Part shown: in pieces, positions 19,509 to 27,852 of the stretch
Position numbering within the stretch: position 1 is the stretch's first letter
Layout: each line of letters opens with the position of its first letter
Source: an uncultured Candidatus Saccharibacteria bacterium
GTDB taxonomy: Bacteria > Patescibacteriota > Dojkabacteria > J137
NCBI GenBank assembly: GCA_964607415.1
Contig: CAZSKK010000001.1
Coordinates: 405,974-469,973 of the forward strand
DNA length: 64,000 nucleotides
Direction of reading: 5' to 3'
The notes under the pieces: generated by a model
Told to the model about the DNA's origin: nothing
What the model saw: the letters and a program-made list of their open reading frames with translations, nothing else
The model's database searches: none
Made by a program: the position numbers and the translations under genes

Positions 19509-19900
19509 CAATTAGATAATACACCAATTTTATACTGTTTTAGAAGATTTTTTGCTGTATTTGAATGGTCAGTTGTTCTAGCACCATCAGTACTTTCTCC
19601 ATTAAATAAAGCAGTCGCATCTTTTCCACAACCTTCAAGAATAAAATTTCCTCCTGGGTGACTTTTTATATAAGCAGTTACATCATATACGCTATTTTGA
19701 ATTATCATCCAACAAGAATCTTTCGAGTTGTGTGCAGATACTTCTGTAGCTGCAATTTTAGTGCCATTTACGTCATTATCTGTACTATTGATATTGCTTG
19801 AACTGTCGCTTTGAGTAAACAAAACTCCAGCAATAACTCCTAATATTGAAAGAATCAATATTGCGATAAACCCTATAACGTACTTTTTCTTATCATTCAT
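19508..19900 (-). CDS. Cytochrome b5-like heme-binding protein, membrane-anchored
   Basis: HNSKDSCWMII...VYDVT...HPGG...CGKDAT...HS; both axial His present. Confidence 0.92.
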   Translation of the reverse strand: MNDKKKYVIGFIAILILSILGVIAGVLFTQSDSSSNINSTDNDVNGTKIAATEVSAHNSKDSCWMIIQNSVYDVTAYIKSHPGGNFILEGCGKDATALFNGESTDGARTTDHSNTAKNLLKQYKIGVLSN

Positions 19901-19920
19901 AAATTAATGCTAAAAAGTAA

Positions 19921-20238
19921 TTAGTCTATTGGGAAGATGATTCTGCCAGTTGCCTTTTCAATTATTTTAATTGCAAATACAGGACATGACTGAGCACTTG
20001 CCAGAACAATATCATCATCATCAAAATCATCAACATCTTCTCTGACCCTTGCCTTGTTTTCCTCGTCCATAAAAAAAGTCTCGGCCGCTATTGCCGCACA
20101 AGACGCAGCACCTATACAAATATTCCTATCATATTCTATAACATATTTGCTTTTTTCAGTGGTAGCCCTAAAAATATTATCAGAGATTTCTTCTATAATT
20201 AGGCCGTTAGGTTTCTTAACAATGCGCTTTGGATCCAT
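19921..20238 (-). CDS. Single-cluster ferredoxin (probably 3Fe-4S)
   Basis: CIGAASC...AQSCPVFAI (CxxAxxC...CP). Confidence 0.88.
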   Translation of the reverse strand: MDPKRIVKKPNGLIIEEISDNIFRATTEKSKYVIEYDRNICIGAASCAAIAAETFFMDEENKARVREDVDDFDDDDIVLASAQSCPVFAIKIIEKATGRIIFPID

Positions 20239-20520
20239 AACTTTTCCGTAAATATTACAACAAGTCTATAATAACAGAAGAATATAGAAAATAGAATATG
20301 GAATATTGTCAGTTAGCAGTTTTCCGTTATCAAACTCGCCATCAATTAGCTTTATAGCGGTTAGTATTTATAACAAGAGCTAACAGCAGTTGATGTCAAA
20401 TGAAAATAGTATGAATTATTGCAGAATCGTTCTGTGAATTTGGTAAAATCAGAGTAGTGTTTGCAAGTTAGCGAGTTTCGTGTTTTTGAGTTAATCAAAA
20501 GAGATTATTCTTGCTCTATT

Positions 20521-20973
20521 ATGTTATCAAAAAAAATTATATATATAATCCTATTCTTCTCAATAATTGGCCTTTTTGTGTCTGGGTACCTTTGGTATGA
20601 ATACGCTCAACCTAAGCCCCTTACTTGCATAACAGACTGCCAGATTGTCAGAGAAAGTAAATATTCCAAAATGCTAGGTGTCGACTTGCCAGTTTTTGGC
20701 ACTTTATATTATGTATTTGTAGTTGTGTATACCAGTTCTTTTTTACTAAAAAGAAAAGTATTTAAATTTGAATTTACCCTCTACAGCATACTCTTAACTT
20801 CCGGATTCTTAGTTTCAATGTATCTTACATATCTTGAAGCTTATGTTATAAAAGCATGGTGTCAATGGTGCGTAATTTCAGCGGCTTCAGCTACAACAAT
20901 ATTTCTAATCAATACCTTTGCTTCTTTTAACTCTTTAACTGAAGTACTTCCTTCTGAAACAAAAACTGCGTAA
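20521..20973 (+). CDS. Vitamin K epoxide reductase family protein (DsbB analogue)
   Basis: Loop cysteines CITDC, SKYS, four TM segments, WCQWC redox motif. Confidence 0.92.
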   Translation: MLSKKIIYIILFFSIIGLFVSGYLWYEYAQPKPLTCITDCQIVRESKYSKMLGVDLPVFGTLYYVFVVVYTSSFLLKRKVFKFEFTLYSILLTSGFLVSMYLTYLEAYVIKAWCQWCVISAASATTIFLINTFASFNSLTEVLPSETKTA

Positions 20974-21063
20974 ATTTCGCAGAAATTTGTCATTTTTTTA
21001 CTTGAAATTTGTATTCCAATACAATGTTTTTCCCCAGAGACTGTGATATAACAATATATTATT

Positions 21064-21098
21064 ACAGCATTACGCCATACGAATTAAGCTTTACGCAA
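21064..21098 (+). repeat. Heptamer array TACGCNN, left arm of the four-helix-bundle gene
   Basis: acagcat tacgcca tacgaat taagctt tacgcaa, ending 2 nt before the ATG. Confidence 0.75.
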
Positions 21099-21100
21099 AT

Positions 21101-21454
21101 ATGAGAGATTATAAAAAACTGGATATCTACAGCAAGAGCAGAAATTTGGTGGTTGAAATTTATGAGGTAACCAATAGTTTTCCTAAAGAAGAAATATATT
21201 CACTAACTTCGCAAATACGAAGAGCAGCGGTTTCAATTATTGCAAACATAGCAGAGGGCAGCACGAGAGACACAGAAAAAGAATTTGCCAGATTCTTGAA
21301 TATTTCCCTTGCTTCACTTTGTGAAACAGAAAGCTTAATAGTCCTCGCTACTGATTTAGAGTATCTCGAAGTTCAAGAACTTTTACTAGATGAAATTGAC
21401 CACTTAAGACGAATGATATTTGCAGAAAAGCTTAGTTACAAGCGTAATGCGTAA
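21101..21454 (+). CDS. Four-helix-bundle protein (23S rRNA IVS protein / bAvd-like family)
   Basis: YKKLDIY...FPKEEIYSLTSQIRRAAVSIIANIAEG...FARFLNISLASLCE. Confidence 0.93.
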   Translation: MRDYKKLDIYSKSRNLVVEIYEVTNSFPKEEIYSLTSQIRRAAVSIIANIAEGSTRDTEKEFARFLNISLASLCETESLIVLATDLEYLEVQELLLDEIDHLRRMIFAEKLSYKRNA

Positions 21455-21467
21455 ATCGTAAAGCGTT
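21440..21467 (-). repeat. Heptamer array NNGCGTA, right (inverted) arm overlapping the stop codon
   Basis: aagcgta atgcgta aatcgta aagcgtt; its reverse complement matches the left arm at 20/28. Confidence 0.75.
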
Positions 21468-21496
21468 CTTTATTTTATTTTTTATACATTTTATTT

Positions 21497-21814
21497 ATGA
21501 CATCACATCAAATTTTTGTTGTAGGAAGGGCAACAAAAGACGCCGAGGAATTAAGCTCCAAAGCAAAAAAGAAATACGCAAAGTTTAGTGTCGCAGTTAA
21601 TGAATATTTAGGTAAAGATAAAGAAGAAAAATCGTACTTTTACGACGTACTTGTATTTGGTAAAACTAGCAAAAATGTTGCCGAAAAAATTAAAAAGGGA
21701 GACTTGGTTGTAATTTCTGGTAAACCAGAAGCGGAAGCTTATATTTCTAAAAAAGATAATGAGCCTAAAAGTGTTATCACTATAATGGCCGACTCTTGGA
21801 AAGTTCTAAAGTAA
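21497..21814 (+). CDS. ssb: Single-stranded DNA-binding protein, short form (no acidic C-terminal tail)
   Basis: VGRATKDAE, FSVAVN, VFGKT, KKGDLVVISG OB-fold pattern. Confidence 0.85.
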   Translation: MTSHQIFVVGRATKDAEELSSKAKKKYAKFSVAVNEYLGKDKEEKSYFYDVLVFGKTSKNVAEKIKKGDLVVISGKPEAEAYISKKDNEPKSVITIMADSWKVLK

Positions 21815-21839
21815 AAACCTCCTACCCCAACTTCAAATG

Positions 21840-22253
21840 TTACTTGACACCCAAATATTTCAATAAAGCTGGATATACATTAGGAATATATTTCAAAATA
21901 TCTGTTTTTTTTATAAGAACGTTTTCTGAAACATCAGCATTTTGTGTATTAGGAATTTTTGGTACATTTTCCTTTGTTACACAAATAACATATGTTATTT
22001 TCTTTTGAGTTAATGGATGAATACGTTCGATAGCCTTTTCTAATACTTCAACACTAACACCCAATGCCTCTTTTACAATTCTAACTGCTGCTTCTTTTAC
22101 TGTTTCACCTGAAGTCACTTTATCTGCAGGGAAAATATAAGGCATATTATTATAATTAACACGGTAAGCTTCTACAACTTTGCCTACAACTATCTTGTCT
22201 TTATATTGAACAATGCAAATAATTGTTTGGCCGTCATTAGTTTCGCTATGCAT
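21840..22253 (-). CDS. NUDIX-fold protein with a degenerate Nudix box
   Basis: FPADKVTSGETVKEAAVRIVKEALG; tandem paralog of the next gene (shared HPLTQK, NAD.S). Confidence 0.8.
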   Translation of the reverse strand: MHSETNDGQTIICIVQYKDKIVVGKVVEAYRVNYNNMPYIFPADKVTSGETVKEAAVRIVKEALGVSVEVLEKAIERIHPLTQKKITYVICVTKENVPKIPNTQNADVSENVLIKKTDILKYIPNVYPALLKYLGVK

Positions 22254-22270
22254 TAGAGTAATAAAAAAAT

Positions 22271-22711
22271 CTATCTTAAGCTTATTTTTTCTGAATCAAC
22301 TTCAATACCAAAATAGTCCAAAACTTTACCAAATATTGTAGGCATGTATTTAGGCAAATCCTCTTTTTTTATTAAAATAATTTTTGATATATCTGCGTTT
22401 TCAGGGGTTGGTTCTTTTGGAACTTCACCTTCGTACCTGCAAATGAAGTAGTCTATTTGTTTTTGAGTAAGTGGGTGTTTTCTTTGCGCAATCATTTCTG
22501 CTCCATCAATTTCAATGCCTATCTCTTCTTTAATTTCTCTTGTAACAGCTTCTTTTGAAGTTTCTCCAAGTTCAACTTTTCCACCCGGGAAAATGTAATC
22601 AAGATTAGCGAAGTTTACCTTGTTTTCTTCACGGACTTGACCAACTAATATTCTTTCACCGACCAAGATTATGCCAACTACTACTTGGCCTTCATTAGGG
22701 TTAGGATTCAT
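22271..22711 (-). CDS. NUDIX hydrolase (MutT-like)
   Basis: FPGGKVELGETSKEAVTREIKEEIG. Confidence 0.9.
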   Translation of the reverse strand: MNPNPNEGQVVVGIILVGERILVGQVREENKVNFANLDYIFPGGKVELGETSKEAVTREIKEEIGIEIDGAEMIAQRKHPLTQKQIDYFICRYEGEVPKEPTPENADISKIILIKKEDLPKYMPTIFGKVLDYFGIEVDSEKISLR

Positions 22712-23147
22712 TGTTATAGTTTTAATATTTAGCCTTCTAATTGTATCATAAGTTAATAAAATTTCAATAAAATTGTCAGTATATTCCGGATTCGACCGGA
22801 AGCAACAAAAATTAACCCAAAAGAGTGAGTTTGAATATCTTTATATATAAGGTTTTTCCGCTTGCTATTCATTCTCAAAACAAAATGACAACCGTTATTG
22901 GGAATAGGAAATTATTTGAATGAATTTAGCAGAAGAAAAGCTAGTCTGCTAATAAATAGCTTTGGCCCTTATTAGTTATGTTCAACAATTATTTGCATAT
23001 AGAGGTTTATTCGAAACAAAGTTTACATTCTGAATATATATATTAATATAGATTTAAACATTAATATAATATAAAATAGATTAATAGTATGTAATATACT
23101 ACGGATCTTTTAGATCATTAACTTATTTAATTTTTTATTTTTATCTT

Positions 23148-23831
23148 ATGGCTAAAAGCAAAAAGAAAAAAGCTAAGCAGAAAGTGCTAAGCTCAAATAC
23201 AGAAACCAAGCCAAAAGATATAAAAGAAGAAAACACACCAGAAAAGGAGTTCACAGGCAAAAAGCCATCACGCACACCTTTGATTCTTGGTATAGTTTTC
23301 TTAATATTACTTTTACTTTTGGCTGGGACTGGAATTTTTTTAGGAATAAAAAGCATTTCGGATGGTGATAATGACAATGAAAATGCAGCTTCAGAAGAAT
23401 CTACAGATGAAACTAATGATGAGGTAAATGAAGAATCAGTACCAAATAATTCAGATGTAAGTTCCGAAGAAAATAGCAGTGAAAGTGAAAATCTTGATGG
23501 AAATGTCAGTAGCGACAACACAGACGAAACCACAGTATTCGATGATTCAACAGTTGACAATACCAACACAGATACGAATTCTGAAGAGCCAGACTCATCT
23601 GAAAATGCAAATACTGTATCACCTGCAGAAGTTCCAAACAACACTCTAGTAGATACAACACCAGATCATACTGTAATAGCTGGAGATACTCTATGGCAAA
23701 TTGCAGAAAGAACATATGGAAGCGGATTTGAATGGGTTAGGATCTTGAATGCCAATAACAGCTATATTGGCTTTTTGCCTAACGGAGAGCAAGCATTGAT
23801 AGTACCTGGACAAGTTTTAATAATTCCGTAA
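23148..23831 (+). CDS. Membrane-anchored LysM-domain protein with an acidic disordered linker
   Basis: Basic N-terminus, TM, D/E/N/S-rich linker, HTVIAGDTLWQIAERTYG...LIVPGQVLIIP. Confidence 0.9.
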   Translation: MAKSKKKKAKQKVLSSNTETKPKDIKEENTPEKEFTGKKPSRTPLILGIVFLILLLLLAGTGIFLGIKSISDGDNDNENAASEESTDETNDEVNEESVPNNSDVSSEENSSESENLDGNVSSDNTDETTVFDDSTVDNTNTDTNSEEPDSSENANTVSPAEVPNNTLVDTTPDHTVIAGDTLWQIAERTYGSGFEWVRILNANNSYIGFLPNGEQALIVPGQVLIIP

Positions 23832-23835
23832 TATC

Positions 23836-23864
23836 TTGAAAATATATTAATTTAATATTATACT
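23836..23864 (+). promoter_or_regulatory. Sigma70-type promoter TTGAAA-17-TATACT
   Basis: Near-consensus hexamers at optimal spacing with no long ORF downstream. Confidence 0.65.
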
Positions 23865-23870
23865 GAAATT

Positions 23871-23988
23871 TAGGTAAGGTTGGCACAAAGCCGGAATCGA
23901 AACCTAACCTGTAATGAAGTACAGGACAAAAAGGAAATATATATCTTTTAGCAAAGGGACCCCATGTATGTAGGGTCCTTTTGTTTTA
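23871..23988 (+). ncRNA. Putative small structured RNA (~115 nt)
   Basis: Lies between the promoter and a terminator; stems AGGTAAGGTT/AACCTAACCT, GGC/GCC, CCTGTA/TACAGG. Confidence 0.45.
23953..23988 (+). terminator. Rho-independent terminator
   Basis: AAAGGGACCC-N10-GGGTCCTTTT followed by GTTTT. Confidence 0.7.
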
Positions 23989-24207
23989 TATTGGTAGAAG
24001 AATTTTGCGTAATAATAGAACAGCTATAGTTCAAGCTTAAGCATTAGCAATAAACTAGCTACTTGAACTTGCACTTGGGCTAATGTATACTTTCCTCTCC
24101 CCTTGGGAGAGGATTAAGGTAGGGGGCTCGTCTGCCCGCCGTCAGGCAGGAATCATATATCTGATAATTATTTTGATTACTGATAACCGGCTACTGAAAA
24201 CTATTGT

Positions 24208-25767
24208 CTACTTACTAATCAAAAAGTCCCTTTCGTCACCTTCTACCCTTCTATCTATGACCTTTTCAATGCTTGTAGGGTTCTTAGAATACTCCTGTTC
24301 TAGTTCCTTTATATAGCTAATTAACTGGTCAGGAGTCTCAACTACTTTTATTGATTCCATTTCTTCTTGAGTTAAGCCCATATCAGTTTTAAGCTTTTCC
24401 AAAGTATCTTTCCAGTCAGCACCATATAAAACTACAGGTTTATGATTGCCATAATATATATATGACATTCCCCACAAAATCATAAATTGAGAGTAGTTAT
24501 GAATCCCGCCAGAATCAACAATTACAAATAATCTTGACTCTTTCATCAAAAATTGAAGTCTTTCAACAAAATTTGAATATATGAAAGAAACAATATTCGA
24601 AGGCTCTATATCCTTATCTACTTTGGAGAATAAGTTAGACATAAATGGTCTAAAATATACTCCCATCCCACTACCATCAGACTCTTTCAGACCGTCAAGA
24701 ACCGAAGCACCTAGACCGTTTTTAGAGTCAAACAACAATTTGGCCCCCATAGACGATAGTTTTTTGCTTGCCTCTTTTAATTCTAAAGCCTTATTCATAT
24801 CGACCTTAGGTCCATTCAGTCCAATGATTGCAATTTTTTGAAATATGCTTAAAGCCAATTTATCACTTGGTGTTTTTTTAGCTTCAATAGCTTTAACCAC
24901 ATCGGCTTCTTTTTGTGCTAAATCACTTGTTAATATTGCCTCTGGTGGAAGTTTAGTTTCTTGTATTTTAGTCTCCTTAACACCTAAGTCTAGTTCTGTA
25001 GTTGCAGGCTGCACAGGTACATTCACAGCTTCTAGTGAAGCCGGTGACTCAGACGCTTGCGGCTCAGTGAAACTAGTTTCTGAAATTCCTGTTTGCAGAA
25101 TATCTCCAGCTCCTGTATCTATCGATTGTTGAGCCTCAGCAGTTGCTTCAGGAATTATTGCAGGCTGATTAACTGGCAAATTTAAGTTAGGAATATTTAT
25201 ATTCTGTAAATCAAATGTAGGGGTCGGTTCTGTAGCTTGAGTTTGCTCAACAGGTTGAGTTGGAGTATTTACCGTTTCAGAACTTGTATACCAATCTTTG
25301 TTAAAGCTTGCATCAGCTGGCGCTTGCGGCATCTGTGGTTGCGAGTTATCAACCATAGTAACATCTATCGCATTTGCAGGTAGAGGCATACTGACGTCAG
25401 GACTTGCAACAGCTTCTTGTGGTTGCATTATTGGTGGCTGAGGTGGCATTACTGGCATACTACCCATCACTGGCATTTGAGCCATATCAACCGGTTGTGG
25501 TTGAACTTGATTTTGTTGTACAACGTTAGGATCCAGAGGAAGTAAGTTGGAATCAAAATTTTGAGCAGCGTTACTAAATTGGTTAGGATCTACCCCAAAA
25601 TTGCTATCTGTTGCACCAGCCTGCACCTGTGGTTGTCCCGCAGGATAATTTAAGTTTTGCATTTGCTGATCATTTCCAAAAGGAGCTGCTGGTTGAGCAG
25701 GGTTAGTTTGTTGGCTTGTAGGCGCAGGTTTTTTACTTCCACCAAATATATTGTCAAATAAACCCAT
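24208..25767 (-). CDS. Q/P-rich disordered protein with a C-terminal degenerate LOG/SLOG-like domain
   Basis: MGLFDNIFGG start; ~290 aa of low complexity; KIAIIG...FVERLQFLMKESRLFVIVDSGGIHNYSQ...KPVVLYG...VVETP. Confidence 0.72.
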   Translation of the reverse strand: MGLFDNIFGGSKKPAPTSQQTNPAQPAAPFGNDQQMQNLNYPAGQPQVQAGATDSNFGVDPNQFSNAAQNFDSNLLPLDPNVVQQNQVQPQPVDMAQMPVMGSMPVMPPQPPIMQPQEAVASPDVSMPLPANAIDVTMVDNSQPQMPQAPADASFNKDWYTSSETVNTPTQPVEQTQATEPTPTFDLQNINIPNLNLPVNQPAIIPEATAEAQQSIDTGAGDILQTGISETSFTEPQASESPASLEAVNVPVQPATTELDLGVKETKIQETKLPPEAILTSDLAQKEADVVKAIEAKKTPSDKLALSIFQKIAIIGLNGPKVDMNKALELKEASKKLSSMGAKLLFDSKNGLGASVLDGLKESDGSGMGVYFRPFMSNLFSKVDKDIEPSNIVSFIYSNFVERLQFLMKESRLFVIVDSGGIHNYSQFMILWGMSYIYYGNHKPVVLYGADWKDTLEKLKTDMGLTQEEMESIKVVETPDQLISYIKELEQEYSKNPTSIEKVIDRRVEGDERDFLISK

Positions 25768-25922
25768 CTTAATATCATTAAAAAGTAGATACTTCAAGAT
25801 ACATTATTATGAATTTTACGACAAGAGGTAAAAAGCGTTTGATGTTTAACGTAAGACGTTTGACGTAGGAAAAATTCATCCGGCCTCTGCCTTCTGGTTT
25901 CTGATCTTTAAATCGTTATTCT

Positions 25923-27008
25923 TCAATCAGCAATCTTTATTATAAACTCCGCCCCTTTTCCTAATTTACTCTTTACATTAATTTTCCACCCATGTACCTC
26001 TATCATCTCTTTAACAATTGCAAGACCTAAGCCAAGCCCGCCAGTATCTCTACTCCGAGATTTATCAACCCTATAAAATCTTTCAAAAATATATTTTTGA
26101 TCTTCTTTAGAGATTCCAATGCCATCATCTTTTATAGAAATATAGTTTTTATTTGCTTTAAGTACAATATTTTTTCCTTTTGAATGGTTTATTGCATTTG
26201 ATATAAGATTTTCCAAAATCCTCTCTAGCATATTTCTATCAGCTTTTAAGTTTAAGTTTTCTTCAATATCGATTGCTATCTTCATCTTTTTCTTCTTTAG
26301 TTTTTCATTTGAAGCGTCTCTGATTTGATTCGCAATTTTACTCAAACTTACCTTTTCTAACTTTATATTATTTATTTTAGATCTAATTCGAGTATATTCT
26401 TGAAGGCTTTCAACTAAATGTGTTAGTCTTTTAATTTCAGCTTCTAGTATTTCAAATCTTTTTTTATCTAGCTCCAAAACACCATCACGCACACCTTCTA
26501 TTTGAAACGTAAGCCCTGTAAGTGGAGTTTTGAATTCATGAGAAATGTCAGAAATTAGTTCTCTACGAAGTACTTCCTGATGTTCAAGTTCATTAGAAAG
26601 TTTATTAAATTCTGCAATAACTAGGTCAACTTCGTCATCTCCAGTAAGTTGCATTTTATATTTATATTCACTTGCTCTAAGTTTTTGAATTGCACTTTTA
26701 AGTTCTCTTAAAGGCCTGGTTATAAAGCTTGCGATCAAAACCCCAAGAATAATCGAAAAAACGATTCCTAAAATGGAAACTAGAATAATGGCATTATACA
26801 AACTATCTTTAAATTTTTGCTCTAAAACTAATTGCCTCTGAATTTCTGAAAGACTTAAAACTCGAGTGAAGCCCGAACTTTCTTGATCCAATAAAAATTC
26901 AGTAAAGGCTTTTTGGGTTTGCTGTATTGTTATAAAGTCTACAAAAACAAGTAACGCAATTGTTACTATCAGTATGGAGATTGTTATACGAAAAGCGGTT
27001 CTATTCAT
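25923..27008 (-). CDS. Sensor histidine kinase (BaeS-like: HAMP, HisKA, HATPase)
   Basis: ISHEFKTPLT, NLISNAI, DDGIGI, FERFYRVDKSRSRDTGGLGLGL. Confidence 0.95.
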   Translation of the reverse strand: MNRTAFRITISILIVTIALLVFVDFITIQQTQKAFTEFLLDQESSGFTRVLSLSEIQRQLVLEQKFKDSLYNAIILVSILGIVFSIILGVLIASFITRPLRELKSAIQKLRASEYKYKMQLTGDDEVDLVIAEFNKLSNELEHQEVLRRELISDISHEFKTPLTGLTFQIEGVRDGVLELDKKRFEILEAEIKRLTHLVESLQEYTRIRSKINNIKLEKVSLSKIANQIRDASNEKLKKKKMKIAIDIEENLNLKADRNMLERILENLISNAINHSKGKNIVLKANKNYISIKDDGIGISKEDQKYIFERFYRVDKSRSRDTGGLGLGLAIVKEMIEVHGWKINVKSKLGKGAEFIIKIAD

Positions 27009-27020
27009 TTCAAATCAAGT

Positions 27021-27695
27021 TCAGAAAACCTCATCATTAAATTTATAGCCTTTACCCACAACAGTCAAAATGTATCTTGGTACCTTTGTATCATCTTCAA
27101 TCTTTTTTCGAATTCCTTTTATGTGGGCATCAATAGTTCTATCCAAAACATCCGGTGGAAGATACGAATCATATGCTCGGTCCAGAATTTCATCTCTGGT
27201 ATAAACCCTGCCTTTATTTTTTGCCAATGTGTAAAGAATATTAAATTGGGTAGTTGTGAGTAAAATTTTTTCTTCTTTTTTTATAACCACCATTTTTTCA
27301 GGATCAATCTTTAATCCACCAATTTGCAAAACTCCATCTTCAACACGTCTTGTTAAAGCTCTAACTCTTGCAACCAAAACAGAAGGGCTAAATGGTTTTT
27401 TAAGATAATCATCAGCACCCGTTTCCAAACCTATAATTTCATCTATTTCCTCAACCCTTGCAGTAACCATAATAATAGGAACCTGCGATGTTTTCCTGAT
27501 TTCTTTACATACTTCAAGTCCATTTTTCTTAGGTAGATTTATATCTAAAACTACTAAGTCAATTTTTTCTTTGTTAAAAATTGATAGAGCTTGCTCTCCA
27601 TCTAAAGCTTCGTGAACCACAAATCCTGCTTGCTTTAGATAAGCAGTTTCTACTTCACGAATTGTACTTTCGTCTTCAACGATTAAGATTTTCAT
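27021..27695 (-). CDS. OmpR/PhoB-family response regulator
   Basis: ILIVEDE, LDINLP, GADDYLKKPFS, RTIDAHIKGIRKK, TVVGKGY. Confidence 0.96.
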   Translation of the reverse strand: MKILIVEDESTIREVETAYLKQAGFVVHEALDGEQALSIFNKEKIDLVVLDINLPKKNGLEVCKEIRKTSQVPIIMVTARVEEIDEIIGLETGADDYLKKPFSPSVLVARVRALTRRVEDGVLQIGGLKIDPEKMVVIKKEEKILLTTTQFNILYTLAKNKGRVYTRDEILDRAYDSYLPPDVLDRTIDAHIKGIRKKIEDDTKVPRYILTVVGKGYKFNDEVF

Positions 27696-27745
27696 TTTTT
27701 ATTATTTAAATATTATATTTCATGCCTCATCCCGAGGAAATCGAG

Positions 27746-27784
27746 GCTGATAGCTGATAGCTGATAGCTGATAGCTGATAGCTG
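27746..27784. repeat. Perfect heptamer tandem repeat (GCTGATA)5.5 joined to a truncated REP unit
   Basis: Direct observation; located in the 5' region of the response regulator. Confidence 0.92.
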
Positions 27785-27811
27785 TACAATTATAGCTTTA
27801 TCAACATACAA

Positions 27812-27843
27812 ATAATACCTCGGGTTTTTGAAAATTGTGTGAA
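27812..27843 (-). promoter_or_regulatory. Putative autoregulatory OmpR-type box plus -10 (TTCACA-N5-TTCAAA-N9-TATTAT)
   Basis: Upstream of the RR-HK operon; matches two other sites. Confidence 0.62.
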
Positions 27844-27852
27844 GTATAGATA

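Noticed and set aside
21101-21454. Diversity-generating retroelement (Avd-like gene)
   Set aside because: No reverse transcriptase and no TR/VR pair with adenine-specific differences seen in the window
22780-23020. GGATTCGAC near 22788 resembling the tmRNA 5' end
   Set aside because: No GGGG 5' acceptor strand, no 3' T-arm/CCA end and no convincing tag ORF; it is a TTCCGG/CCGGAA hairpin
23881-23960. Minus-strand tRNA-like pattern (TTCGATTCC...CCA, CTTCA loop suggesting tRNA-Sec)
   Set aside because: T-stem and acceptor stem do not pair and the loop is 6 nt; the plus-strand promoter/terminator reading fits better
27746-27784. CRISPR array
   Set aside because: Simple 7-bp tandem repeat without spacers; no cas genes and no regularly spaced 25-40 bp repeats anywhere in the window
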